NCBI GenBank assembly: GCA_014728175.1
Contig: WJMA01000051.1
Span: forward strand, 7,279 to 71,278
Length of the DNA: 64,000 bases
Reading direction: 5' to 3'
Source: Candidatus Fermentibacterota bacterium
GTDB lineage: Bacteria > Fermentibacterota > Fermentibacteria > Fermentibacterales > JCC-6
In this document: positions 9,534-17,373 of the stretch, piece by piece
Layout of the letters: the number at the start of each line of letters is the position of its first letter
Position numbering within the stretch: the stretch's first letter is position 1
The notes under the pieces: model-generated
Told to the model about the DNA's origin: nothing
The model's database searches: none
Seen by the model: only the letters and a program-made list of their open reading frames with translations
Position numbers and translations under genes: made by a program

Positions 9534-10553
9534 CTAAAGATCCAGCGCTCCCTGACCGGAAGCCTGCAATCCCGTGTGCCTACACGCTTTGGGAGTGGCC
9601 ACTCGACCCCTGCGGGTTCTGTTCAGAAAGCCCGAGGACAGAAGGTAGGGCTCCACCACGTCGATCAGTGTGTCCTGCTCCTCGTTAAGGGTGGCCGCTA
9701 TGGCCGCCACTCCCACCGGGCCTCCGCCGTACTGCCTAATGATGACCTCCAGGTAGCGGCGGTCGAGGCGGTCCAGACCGGCCTCATCCACGCCGTGCAT
9801 GTCCATGGTCTCCACAGCGGCATCCTCGTCTATGCAGTCCTTCCGCTGAACCTGGGCGTAGTCCCTCACCCTTCGCAGCAGGCGGTTGGCTATCCGGGGG
9901 GTCCCCCGGGACCGCATTGCTATACACTCGGCGGCCTCGGCGGTAACCTTCAACTCCAGTATGCGCGCCGACCTCTCCACGATCTTAACCAGCTCGTCCA
10001 AGGAGTAGAACTCCAGGTGCATGGACAGCCCGAAACGGTCCCTCAGGGGCCCGGTTATCAAACCCGCCCGGGTGGTGGCGCCCACCACCGTGAACCTGTC
10101 CAGCTCCAGCCTTACGGTTCGGGCATGGGGACCGGGGTCCAGGACGAAGTCTATCCCGAACTCCTCCATGGCCGGGTAGAGGTACTCCTCCACCACCTTG
10201 GGAAGTCGGTGAATCTCATCTATGAACAGTATAGAGCCCTCCTGCATGTTGGTCAGGATGCCTACCAGATCGGCGGACCGTTCCAGAGCGGGACCGGAGG
10301 AGGTGATTATCTCCGTTCCCATCTCCAAGGCTATTACGTGGGCGAGAGTGGTCTTCCCCAGACCCGGGGGGCCGTGGAACAGCAGGTGGTCCAGAGCCTC
10401 CCCCCTCTCCTTGGCGGCCTGGATGGCAATGGCCAGGTTCTCCACCAGCGCCTTCTGCCCGATGTACTCGTCGAGGTTGCGGGGGCGAAGCGTACGAAGG
10501 ACTCTCTCGTCGTCACCGTTCGCCTGCAATCCGACCACGGATTCCCTGGTCAA
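9534..10553 (-). CDS. ruvB: Holliday junction branch-migration helicase RuvB
   Basis: Walker A motif GPPGLGKTTLA and RuvB-family conservation throughout; 339 aa. Confidence 0.95.
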   Translation of the reverse strand: MTRESVVGLQANGDDERVLRTLRPRNLDEYIGQKALVENLAIAIQAAKERGEALDHLLFHGPPGLGKTTLAHVIALEMGTEIITSSGPALERSADLVGILTNMQEGSILFIDEIHRLPKVVEEYLYPAMEEFGIDFVLDPGPHARTVRLELDRFTVVGATTRAGLITGPLRDRFGLSMHLEFYSLDELVKIVERSARILELKVTAEAAECIAMRSRGTPRIANRLLRRVRDYAQVQRKDCIDEDAAVETMDMHGVDEAGLDRLDRRYLEVIIRQYGGGPVGVAAIAATLNEEQDTLIDVVEPYLLSSGFLNRTRRGRVATPKACRHTGLQASGQGALDL

Positions 10554-11146
10554 CTCCCGCTCCTCATTCTCATCGCCAGCCTGACCAGCTCGGAGGGGTT
10601 CTCCGGGTCCTTAGCCTCGGACACCGCGGCGGAGGCCAGCCTTCTGGACTCGGAGGCCCCTATGCCCAGCTGCATCAATACCGCAGAGGCCTCGGACACC
10701 GCCGTACGATCTGCCTGCACCTCTCCGGCGGGAAACTCCTTCTTCATCTCGTCCTGAAGCTCGGCCACGATCCGCTTGGCCCGGGCTCTTCCCACGCCCT
10801 TTAGGGTGGTAAGGAACTCCACGTCCCCCCCGGCGATGGCTGCTCCCACTCTCCGAACGGGCTCGACCAGGGCCTTGACCGCCCCCCTCACCCCTATTCC
10901 GCTCACCGATATGAACCTTCGAAAGAACTCCCGGTCCGAGAGGTCCGGAAATCCCACCATAATCGGTACGGCCCGGTTTCCCTCGATCTGGATCTGCAGG
11001 TGCATGGGCATGCTGAGCGATTGGCCCTCTCGCAGCCGGTGCAGAAAATAGGGCGGGGCGAGAACGTGAAGAACCACGGGCCCCACCCGCAGGAGGATTC
11101 CTTCCTCCCCCACGGCCTCGATGGTTCCCCTAACGCTGTCTATCAC
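10550..11146 (-). CDS. ruvA: Holliday junction DNA helicase subunit RuvA
   Basis: 198 aa with an N-terminal OB-fold (MIDSVRGTI) and HhH motifs. It overlaps ruvB by 4 nt. Confidence 0.85.
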   Translation of the reverse strand: MIDSVRGTIEAVGEEGILLRVGPVVLHVLAPPYFLHRLREGQSLSMPMHLQIQIEGNRAVPIMVGFPDLSDREFFRRFISVSGIGVRGAVKALVEPVRRVGAAIAGGDVEFLTTLKGVGRARAKRIVAELQDEMKKEFPAGEVQADRTAVSEASAVLMQLGIGASESRRLASAAVSEAKDPENPSELVRLAMRMRSGS

Positions 11147-11636
11147 GCTTCACCGTCTCGAACGCCGCGATCGCAGCGGCCAGCGCGTCGCTCACATCCA
11201 ACGGGCTTACCGGCTGTGAGATGCCCAAAATATCCCTAACCATGTCTCTCACCTGCTCCTTGCTGGCCCTTCCCGAACCGGTGATCACCTTCTTTATCCT
11301 GGTGGCCGGTACGGCCAGAACCGATGTTTCAGCATGTCTGGCCGCCAAGCACAAAACCCCCCTGGCGTGGGCCATCACTATGGCCGTGGCCGGATGCTTG
11401 TAGTGGGAGTATACCTCCTCGATGCCCATCAGGGAGGGAACGAACTCGCTCAGCACTTCGGACAGTCCATCGTACAGCTCGGCCAGCCTGTGGGAAAGGG
11501 GACTCTTGGGGTCTGTGCGCAGGGTACCGGCGTCAAGCACTCTCAGCCCCTTCGGACCCGGGACCAGAACGCCGTATCCGGTAACCCCCAAACCGGGGTC
11601 GACACCCAGAACGGTTTTCGGCTCCAAGGCCCGCAA
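11130..11636 (-). CDS. ruvC: Crossover junction endodeoxyribonuclease RuvC
   Basis: Starts VLGVDPGLGVTGYGVL, matching RuvC family members; 168 aa. Confidence 0.85.
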   Translation of the reverse strand: MRALEPKTVLGVDPGLGVTGYGVLVPGPKGLRVLDAGTLRTDPKSPLSHRLAELYDGLSEVLSEFVPSLMGIEEVYSHYKHPATAIVMAHARGVLCLAARHAETSVLAVPATRIKKVITGSGRASKEQVRDMVRDILGISQPVSPLDVSDALAAAIAAFETVKRDRQR

Positions 11637-12362
11637 TCAGTCCGAGAGATCGAGGTTGGTGTGGACGTCCTGGACGTCGTCGTGCTCCTCCAGAACCAGA
11701 AGCAGCTTCAGAGCTTTCTCCGCCTCGTCCGGAGAGGGCTTCATCAGGGCGTCCGGCCTCTTGGTCACCTCGGCGTCCTCCACCTCGATGCCATAGTCCT
11801 CCAAGCCTTTTCTTACCTCGGACAGATCCGAAGGATCGGAGGTAACTATCAGGCTATCCTCCTCGAACTGCACGTCGTCAGCGCCCGCCTCCAGGGCGGC
11901 CTCGAGCACCGTATCCTCGTCGAACTTCGAGCCGTCGATGAATATCTGCCCCACGGTGTGGAACATGTAAGCCACGCTGTTCCTGGACCCCAGATGGCCT
12001 CCGCCCTTGGACAGTATGTGCCTGATCTCGGCGGTGGCCCGGTTGCGATTATCGGTCAGCACGTCGATGAGGATCGCCACCCCCCCGGGGCCGTACGCCT
12101 CGTAGGTAATCTCCTCGTAGCTGGTCCCTTCCAGCTCGCCCGTGCCCCGCTTTATCGCTCTCTCTATGTTGTCGTTGGGCATGTTCTTGGCCTTGGCGCT
12201 CTCCACGGCCACTCTCAGGCGGGAGTTGGTCTCGGGGTCACCACCGCCCTCCCGGGCGGCCACGGTTATCTCCTTGACCAACTTGCTGAAGACCCGGCCC
12301 CGGGCGGCGTCGGCCTTGCCCTTCTTGTGCTTTATCGAGCTCCATTTGTTGTGTCCGGACAT
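11637..12362 (-). CDS. yebC: YebC/PmpR family DNA-binding transcriptional regulator
   Basis: N-terminus MSGHNKWSSIKHKKGKADAARGRVFSKL; 241 aa. It abuts ruvC with no gap. Confidence 0.9.
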   Translation of the reverse strand: MSGHNKWSSIKHKKGKADAARGRVFSKLVKEITVAAREGGGDPETNSRLRVAVESAKAKNMPNDNIERAIKRGTGELEGTSYEEITYEAYGPGGVAILIDVLTDNRNRATAEIRHILSKGGGHLGSRNSVAYMFHTVGQIFIDGSKFDEDTVLEAALEAGADDVQFEEDSLIVTSDPSDLSEVRKGLEDYGIEVEDAEVTKRPDALMKPSPDEAEKALKLLLVLEEHDDVQDVHTNLDLSD

Positions 12363-12425
12363 CCACGACTCCTCTTTGAAAAGCTTTGTTGTCGTGCCAA
12401 ATGCAACACTAGAAACAGTTTATCC

Positions 12426-13127
12426 TCAGGTCAAGAAGCCCTCCATGCCGTTGTGAGCAAGTATGTCCGCGGCGTCCTCCATGCTCTCGTAGGTGACGGG
12501 CACTCCGGTATCGTCTATCTGGAAGCCCAGCTTGCCCGCCGGGCAGACTATGGCCAGAACGCTCACGTCCTTGGGCTCCAGCTCCACGTCCACACTGGCC
12601 AGGAAGTCCTTCTCCTCCACCTCGGCTCCGACCGCCACCGCATGAGCCAAGGCGATCGCGTCCGCCGGACTAACGCTTCCCCCCACCACGGGAGGGTAGG
12701 AATCCAACTGCGCCCTGCGCAGGGGGGGTGGATTCCTCTTCAGGGCCACCGCTATGGAGAGGGCCCTGGTGCAGGCAAAGGCCGGGATTATGAATGACTC
12801 GGTTCCCTGGTGCCCCCCCGTCTCCTGCAGGCCCCGCTCCTCGTGGGCGGTGAAATGCCTGGATGCAGATATCGCAGCGGATATGGACCTACGCCTGGTG
12901 ATCCTCTGCGATACCCCGACCGAGGCGCGTGCCAGCCAGAATGGCAAAAGCAAGGTACCGGAAGCGGGTACGCCCAGAATGGTTATGGGTGTTCTGACCA
13001 GTTCTTCCTCAAGGGTCCAGGCTCTGCCGCATTCGGTGCAGAAGAAGAGCACGTCCTCGGACAGCCCCTCCAACTCTGACGTACAGTGGGGGCAGCGGAG
13101 AAGGGCCACCTGCTGCATTCTAGACAA
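12426..13127 (-). CDS. Zinc-ribbon protein (paralog A of a trio), uncharacterised
   Basis: N-terminal CPHC-x17-CTEC zinc ribbon. A motif LLLPFWL follows the ribbon, and this motif is shared with the two upstream paralogs. No transmembrane segment. Confidence 0.5.
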   Translation of the reverse strand: MSRMQQVALLRCPHCTSELEGLSEDVLFFCTECGRAWTLEEELVRTPITILGVPASGTLLLPFWLARASVGVSQRITRRRSISAAISASRHFTAHEERGLQETGGHQGTESFIIPAFACTRALSIAVALKRNPPPLRRAQLDSYPPVVGGSVSPADAIALAHAVAVGAEVEEKDFLASVDVELEPKDVSVLAIVCPAGKLGFQIDDTGVPVTYESMEDAADILAHNGMEGFLT

Positions 13128-14196
13128 TCCTGTCCAGGCCCTTACCGGCCAGATCGTCCAGTATCTTTACGAACCGGTAGGTCCCGTACGCCAATGCCAA
13201 TACGAGTATCGCGCTCATGATCATGCAGTTGGGAGCGAAGCCTCTACCACGAATGTCCAGGCCGCTGGAGGAGAACAGATCGAAAACAACAGGCAGCCCC
13301 ACCCCCCAAAACGCCGCTGCCGCCGCGGAGATCAAACCTTTCTCCGAGAAGCTGCCCGGAAAGCGACCCCGAAGAACCTTCGCCGACGTCCCGTCGACCA
13401 CGGCCTGGTAACGCCGGTCTCCGTAGTAGAAATCGACCACCCAGAGCGGGTAATAGATCAGGCAGTTCCTCCTCCCCGTCAGAACCACGTACTTCCAACG
13501 CTGCTCCAGACCCTGGGCGTATCCTTCGGTGAGGCCGTCTATGTACTTCTCGGCCTCGGCCCTGGCCTCGGAAAGGCTTACCAGGGGGTCTACGAACACC
13601 CCCTCTGGCTTGTTCCTGGTGTCCAGTATCTCCAGCCCGTCGGGTAGACCGGAGCCCTGGATAGCTATTCCCTGCAACGACATCTGGGCCCGGGAGGACA
13701 TGGAGGGAATACCCAGCGGCTCCAGGTTCGCCGCACTTATGTTGACGTTGCCATAAAGCTGGATCTCCTTCTCCACGGCCTTGCTTCCGGTGCGCCTCTT
13801 GACCTTCCTCTTGGGCCCCATCACGGACATGCTCGTGCTCTCCCGTTCGTCAACCGCTATGGGGACATCCTCCTCCTTGTAGACGGGTTCCAGCCCCAGT
13901 ACGTATCCATGGGCCTGAGCGGTGAGGTGCCAGTAGGGCACGTAAAACAGGTTCGGCTTGGTCACCCTACATTGCTGGACCATGCTCTTCCCGCTCTTGG
14001 AGAGAACCTTTCTCACCTCTCTCAGGACCTGGGTGGTGCCGGTGCGGCAGGGAAGAACGTACTGCCTGACGGTTCCCATCAGAATGAGGCTGCTGGAGCA
14101 GTGGGGACATCTCAGATGGGTGTCCCCCTCGCCCATCGATATGGGCCCGCCGCAGGAGGGGCACTTGAGAGCTATGGAGGCTTGCCCGGCCGGCAC
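13120..14196 (-). CDS. Zinc-ribbon membrane-anchored protein (paralog B), uncharacterised
   Basis: N-terminal CPSC-x14-CPHC ribbon, an FYVPYW motif, and two C-terminal hydrophobic helices. Overlaps paralog A by 8 nt. Confidence 0.5.
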   Translation of the reverse strand: MPAGQASIALKCPSCGGPISMGEGDTHLRCPHCSSSLILMGTVRQYVLPCRTGTTQVLREVRKVLSKSGKSMVQQCRVTKPNLFYVPYWHLTAQAHGYVLGLEPVYKEEDVPIAVDERESTSMSVMGPKRKVKRRTGSKAVEKEIQLYGNVNISAANLEPLGIPSMSSRAQMSLQGIAIQGSGLPDGLEILDTRNKPEGVFVDPLVSLSEARAEAEKYIDGLTEGYAQGLEQRWKYVVLTGRRNCLIYYPLWVVDFYYGDRRYQAVVDGTSAKVLRGRFPGSFSEKGLISAAAAAFWGVGLPVVFDLFSSSGLDIRGRGFAPNCMIMSAILVLALAYGTYRFVKILDDLAGKGLDRIV

Positions 14197-14197
14197 G

Positions 14198-14878
14198 TCA
14201 GCCTCTCCTCAAGAGGTACAGGGTCACCCCGGCGCCCAGAACGGACAGAATAAGGGCTACCATCAACCTGCCTCCCCAGTCGGCGCCGGATGACTTGGCC
14301 AGAAAGTACACCGGGAGAGACAGGACGAGGGCGCCGGCGAGGGTCAGCCCGAAGATGGTCGAAGGCTTTCGCCCGGCGGCCTCGGCCACCGCGAGCGGAG
14401 ACTCGCTCAGAGCTTTGCCGGACACCCCGTCAACCAGGAGGCCCTCGCTGTAACCGGCAGTCTTAAGCATGACCATGAAGAAAGGATGCATGACGATCCG
14501 AGCTTCCTCGGGGTACTCGTCCGTCTTGTCCGGATCGGTGGGAACCATCTGCTCCGGCTCCACCATATCGTCGGAGAACACCACCCGGTCTCCCGCTGGG
14601 GGGTGGTACTCGTCCAGAACCTCGTACGGCTGGCTGAAGGCCGGAGTCAGCCCCCCCGCTGCCTCCAGGTAGGGAAAGTACATCAACTCGATAGATGCCA
14701 CCGTATCGGGCGGAAAGAGCTTGAGCACGTCGCTCTCGCTGACCGCGGTAGTAACCAGCCACGGAGCGTCCTCCGGGGCGGAGACCATTATGGTTGCCTC
14801 GCAGTAGGGACACCTGAGGTAGAAATCGGTCTCCAGAACCGCCAGCTCCGCGCCGCACTGGGTGCAGGAGAGCCTCAT
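14198..14878 (-). CDS. Zinc-ribbon membrane-anchored protein (paralog C), uncharacterised
   Basis: N-terminal CTQC-x13-CPYC ribbon, an MYFPYL motif, and two C-terminal helices. Its stop lies 1 nt before the start of paralog B. Confidence 0.5.
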   Translation of the reverse strand: MRLSCTQCGAELAVLETDFYLRCPYCEATIMVSAPEDAPWLVTTAVSESDVLKLFPPDTVASIELMYFPYLEAAGGLTPAFSQPYEVLDEYHPPAGDRVVFSDDMVEPEQMVPTDPDKTDEYPEEARIVMHPFFMVMLKTAGYSEGLLVDGVSGKALSESPLAVAEAAGRKPSTIFGLTLAGALVLSLPVYFLAKSSGADWGGRLMVALILSVLGAGVTLYLLRRG

Positions 14879-14988
14879 CTATGCTTCCCCCATCGCCGAA
14901 AAGGCGTCATCACCGATCCACAGCACGGAAAATAACCATCGATGGGTTCTTATCCCACCCCCGGTTACCTCCGCTCTCCGTCGATGTA

Positions 14989-17172
14989 TCAGCGGGCCAG
15001 CACGAAGCTTCTCACCCGACTCCCGGAGGGCGCGTCCAGCCTGCAGAAGTACAGCCCGTCGGGAGCAGGGCTGCCATCCCGCAGGGTGCAGGACCAGTGC
15101 AGCGTGGAGGCCCCGCGATCCGGGGTGCCCAGATCGGCGACGCACCTGCCGGCCAGGTCGTAGATGGCCACTCTGGCGGCTCCGGCGTCGGCGGGGGCTA
15201 ACACCACCGGTACGGCTGCCCAGGCCCCGGCGGGGTTGGGGGAAACATGGCCCAGAGTGGTGGCCCGTCTTCCCGCGACCTCGGCCCGGGAGTCAGCCAC
15301 CCCTACGGTGACCAGTGCGTACTCCGCCTCGGAGGGCCAGCTGGGCCCGAAGTCCGGATCGATGCCCACCGCCCTGTACCAGTACTCGCCGTCGGCATGG
15401 CCGGTGAAGCTGTAGGAGTTGGTAAGTATGTTCTTGTCCACGTATGTGTTGCTGTCCCAGGTCTCCACCTTGATATCGTCGATGTACAGGTCGCAGCTGC
15501 TTCCGTAGCTGGTCCAGCGGAAGTTGAGGGTCTCCCCGGCCCACTCGTCCAGCTCGTGAATGTTCCTCCTCCAGTTCCAGTCGTCTCTGGTAAAGGTCTG
15601 GAGGTAGTACCAGTTGCTTCCTCCGTCGGGGGAAACCTCGAAGGCCCCCTGTTGGCTTCCGTTGGTTATGTCGTAGTAGGCCCAGAAGCTCATCCTGCCG
15701 CCGCCGCCCGCCGGAATGCTCGCGGTCTCCGTCCAGGTCATGCTTCCGGTTCCGTCGGAGACGTAGCACAAGGAGGGTGAGTGGGACTGGGAGGAGGTCA
15801 TGGACCAGTTGTCCAGGGTGAACGGACCGGTCTCGCCGTTATCGTCCAGCAGGACCTGGTAACCTTCCAGCTCCTCCAGGGCGTAGCTGTCGGCGGTGGG
15901 AACCTCGCTCCAGCTTACCGTGAAGTTGGAGCCCACCTCCCCTATCGGGTCCATCTCGGGGATATCGGGCTCGTGGGGATCCTTGGGGCATCCGGCCAGC
16001 AGGACGGTCACCAGATAGCTGCGGAGGTTCCTGCGGGTAAGCTTCACCACCTCGGTGGCGCCGGGCCAGAATCCGGCGAAGTCCGCCCCGGTCTCATGGT
16101 TCCAGCTCATCGCGTCGTACAGGGCGTAGGCATGGTCCCGGGTGTTGCCCGAGCTGTAGTAGTTGATCTGGGCGGAGGGCCCGTGCAGCTCTCCGGTGGC
16201 CCACTGGACCATCATCTCCCCGGAAGTGTCGTACTCGGCGGCGTCCGTGGTGGGGTCGTCGGTCCAGCCCCAGGGATAGATCAGGATGTTTCCATAGGAG
16301 TGAGTGGAGTGCATCTGGGCGGGGGGATGGTCCTGCCAGAAGGCGTCTATGTTGGAGGCCTCCGGCTCGCTGAGCGGAGCGGTGCCCCGGTAGGTCTCAG
16401 AGCCGGGGCTGCCGCTGGAGCCGGCCCCTCCCCAACCCACCGACCAGTTCCGGTTGAGGTCGACTCCGTAGACGCCGCCACCGTTATCTCTTCGGTTCTT
16501 CCGCCACATTCCGCCGCCTCCGGGCGAGGTCTGCTCGTTGTAGTAGTAACCGTCGGGATTGTTGCAGGGCAGGCACCAGATCTCGCGGTTCTGAAGCACC
16601 CAGGTCGCCTGCAGGCCGCAGTAGCCCGGGCGGTCGTAATTCTCGCACAGCCATTCCATGAACGACCGTACGTTGCGCATCGTCGCCGGCTCCCGGGCAT
16701 GGATCAGCCCGTCGTACCAGGCGTTGGGAAGAGCCGGGTCGTCGTCGCCGAACACGTTGTTCTCCGAGATCTTCATAACCAGCTGGGGCCGGCCCTCTAT
16801 GGTGTTGCCTATGGAGGTGGCCGGGCTGGTAATGTCGGGATACGCCGAGTGCAGATCGTCCAGCCAGGTCTGGATCTCGTCCCAGGTCAAGAAGCCGCCC
16901 ATCTCCCGGTCACCGCATCGCCCCCGGTAGAAGCTCTCCAGGTCGTCTATCCTGGTCACGGTGATAAAGCCCTGCCGGTCCAGCATTCTTCTCTCGTAAT
17001 CGTTGGCTACGAAATCGACTCCCCCGTCTTCGTAGACGTGCACTATCTCCGGCCCGATGGCCTGGAATCTCAGCGCCTCCATCTGATCGACGGGCCTGAA
17101 GTACATAAGCGAGTACGTGTCGGCACCGGCCAACAGGGCCAACGTCACAACCAAAGTAAGGGCCAGTTTCAT
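14989..17172 (-). CDS. M14 family zinc carboxypeptidase with C-terminal T9SS sorting domain
   Basis: A signal peptide begins at MKLALTLVVTLALLAG. M14 motifs are present (HAREPAT, DLNRNW). The C-terminal ~80 aa (SPNPAG...IYDLAGRCVADL...PDGLYFCRL) match the Por-secretion C-terminal domain. The start was trimmed to the signal-peptide Met. Confidence 0.75.
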   Translation of the reverse strand: MKLALTLVVTLALLAGADTYSLMYFRPVDQMEALRFQAIGPEIVHVYEDGGVDFVANDYERRMLDRQGFITVTRIDDLESFYRGRCGDREMGGFLTWDEIQTWLDDLHSAYPDITSPATSIGNTIEGRPQLVMKISENNVFGDDDPALPNAWYDGLIHAREPATMRNVRSFMEWLCENYDRPGYCGLQATWVLQNREIWCLPCNNPDGYYYNEQTSPGGGGMWRKNRRDNGGGVYGVDLNRNWSVGWGGAGSSGSPGSETYRGTAPLSEPEASNIDAFWQDHPPAQMHSTHSYGNILIYPWGWTDDPTTDAAEYDTSGEMMVQWATGELHGPSAQINYYSSGNTRDHAYALYDAMSWNHETGADFAGFWPGATEVVKLTRRNLRSYLVTVLLAGCPKDPHEPDIPEMDPIGEVGSNFTVSWSEVPTADSYALEELEGYQVLLDDNGETGPFTLDNWSMTSSQSHSPSLCYVSDGTGSMTWTETASIPAGGGGRMSFWAYYDITNGSQQGAFEVSPDGGSNWYYLQTFTRDDWNWRRNIHELDEWAGETLNFRWTSYGSSCDLYIDDIKVETWDSNTYVDKNILTNSYSFTGHADGEYWYRAVGIDPDFGPSWPSEAEYALVTVGVADSRAEVAGRRATTLGHVSPNPAGAWAAVPVVLAPADAGAARVAIYDLAGRCVADLGTPDRGASTLHWSCTLRDGSPAPDGLYFCRLDAPSGSRVRSFVLAR

Positions 17173-17373
17173 GGCGCTCCTCCTCCATCCCGAGCATGAA
17201 AGCCTGCGTACCGCATAATATTCAAAAGGATAATCGGGATACATGGACCTCATGTCAAACCTGGGGTAAGGAGAGAAGTGTACACATTCGGCACCGAAGG
17301 TTTGCCCCGCCGGAGCCGGAGTGGCTATAACATTGAAAAGAACACGACGGAACAGCGCGGGAAGGAGTCCTTC

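Noticed and set aside
8610-10757. 715-aa plus-strand ORF (the largest in that region of the track)
   Set aside because: It lies entirely antisense to the well-supported ruvB/queH genes. Its composition is low-complexity Gly/Arg/Pro-rich, as expected for shadow frames in GC-rich DNA.
11334-12797. 487-aa plus-strand ORF
   Set aside because: Antisense to yebC/ruvC and the zinc-ribbon gene; no motifs; GC-frame artefact.
15781-17199. 472-aa plus-strand ORF and other long frames across 15.2-17.2 kb
   Set aside because: Antisense to the M14 carboxypeptidase gene, which has clear catalytic motifs, a signal peptide and a T9SS CTD.
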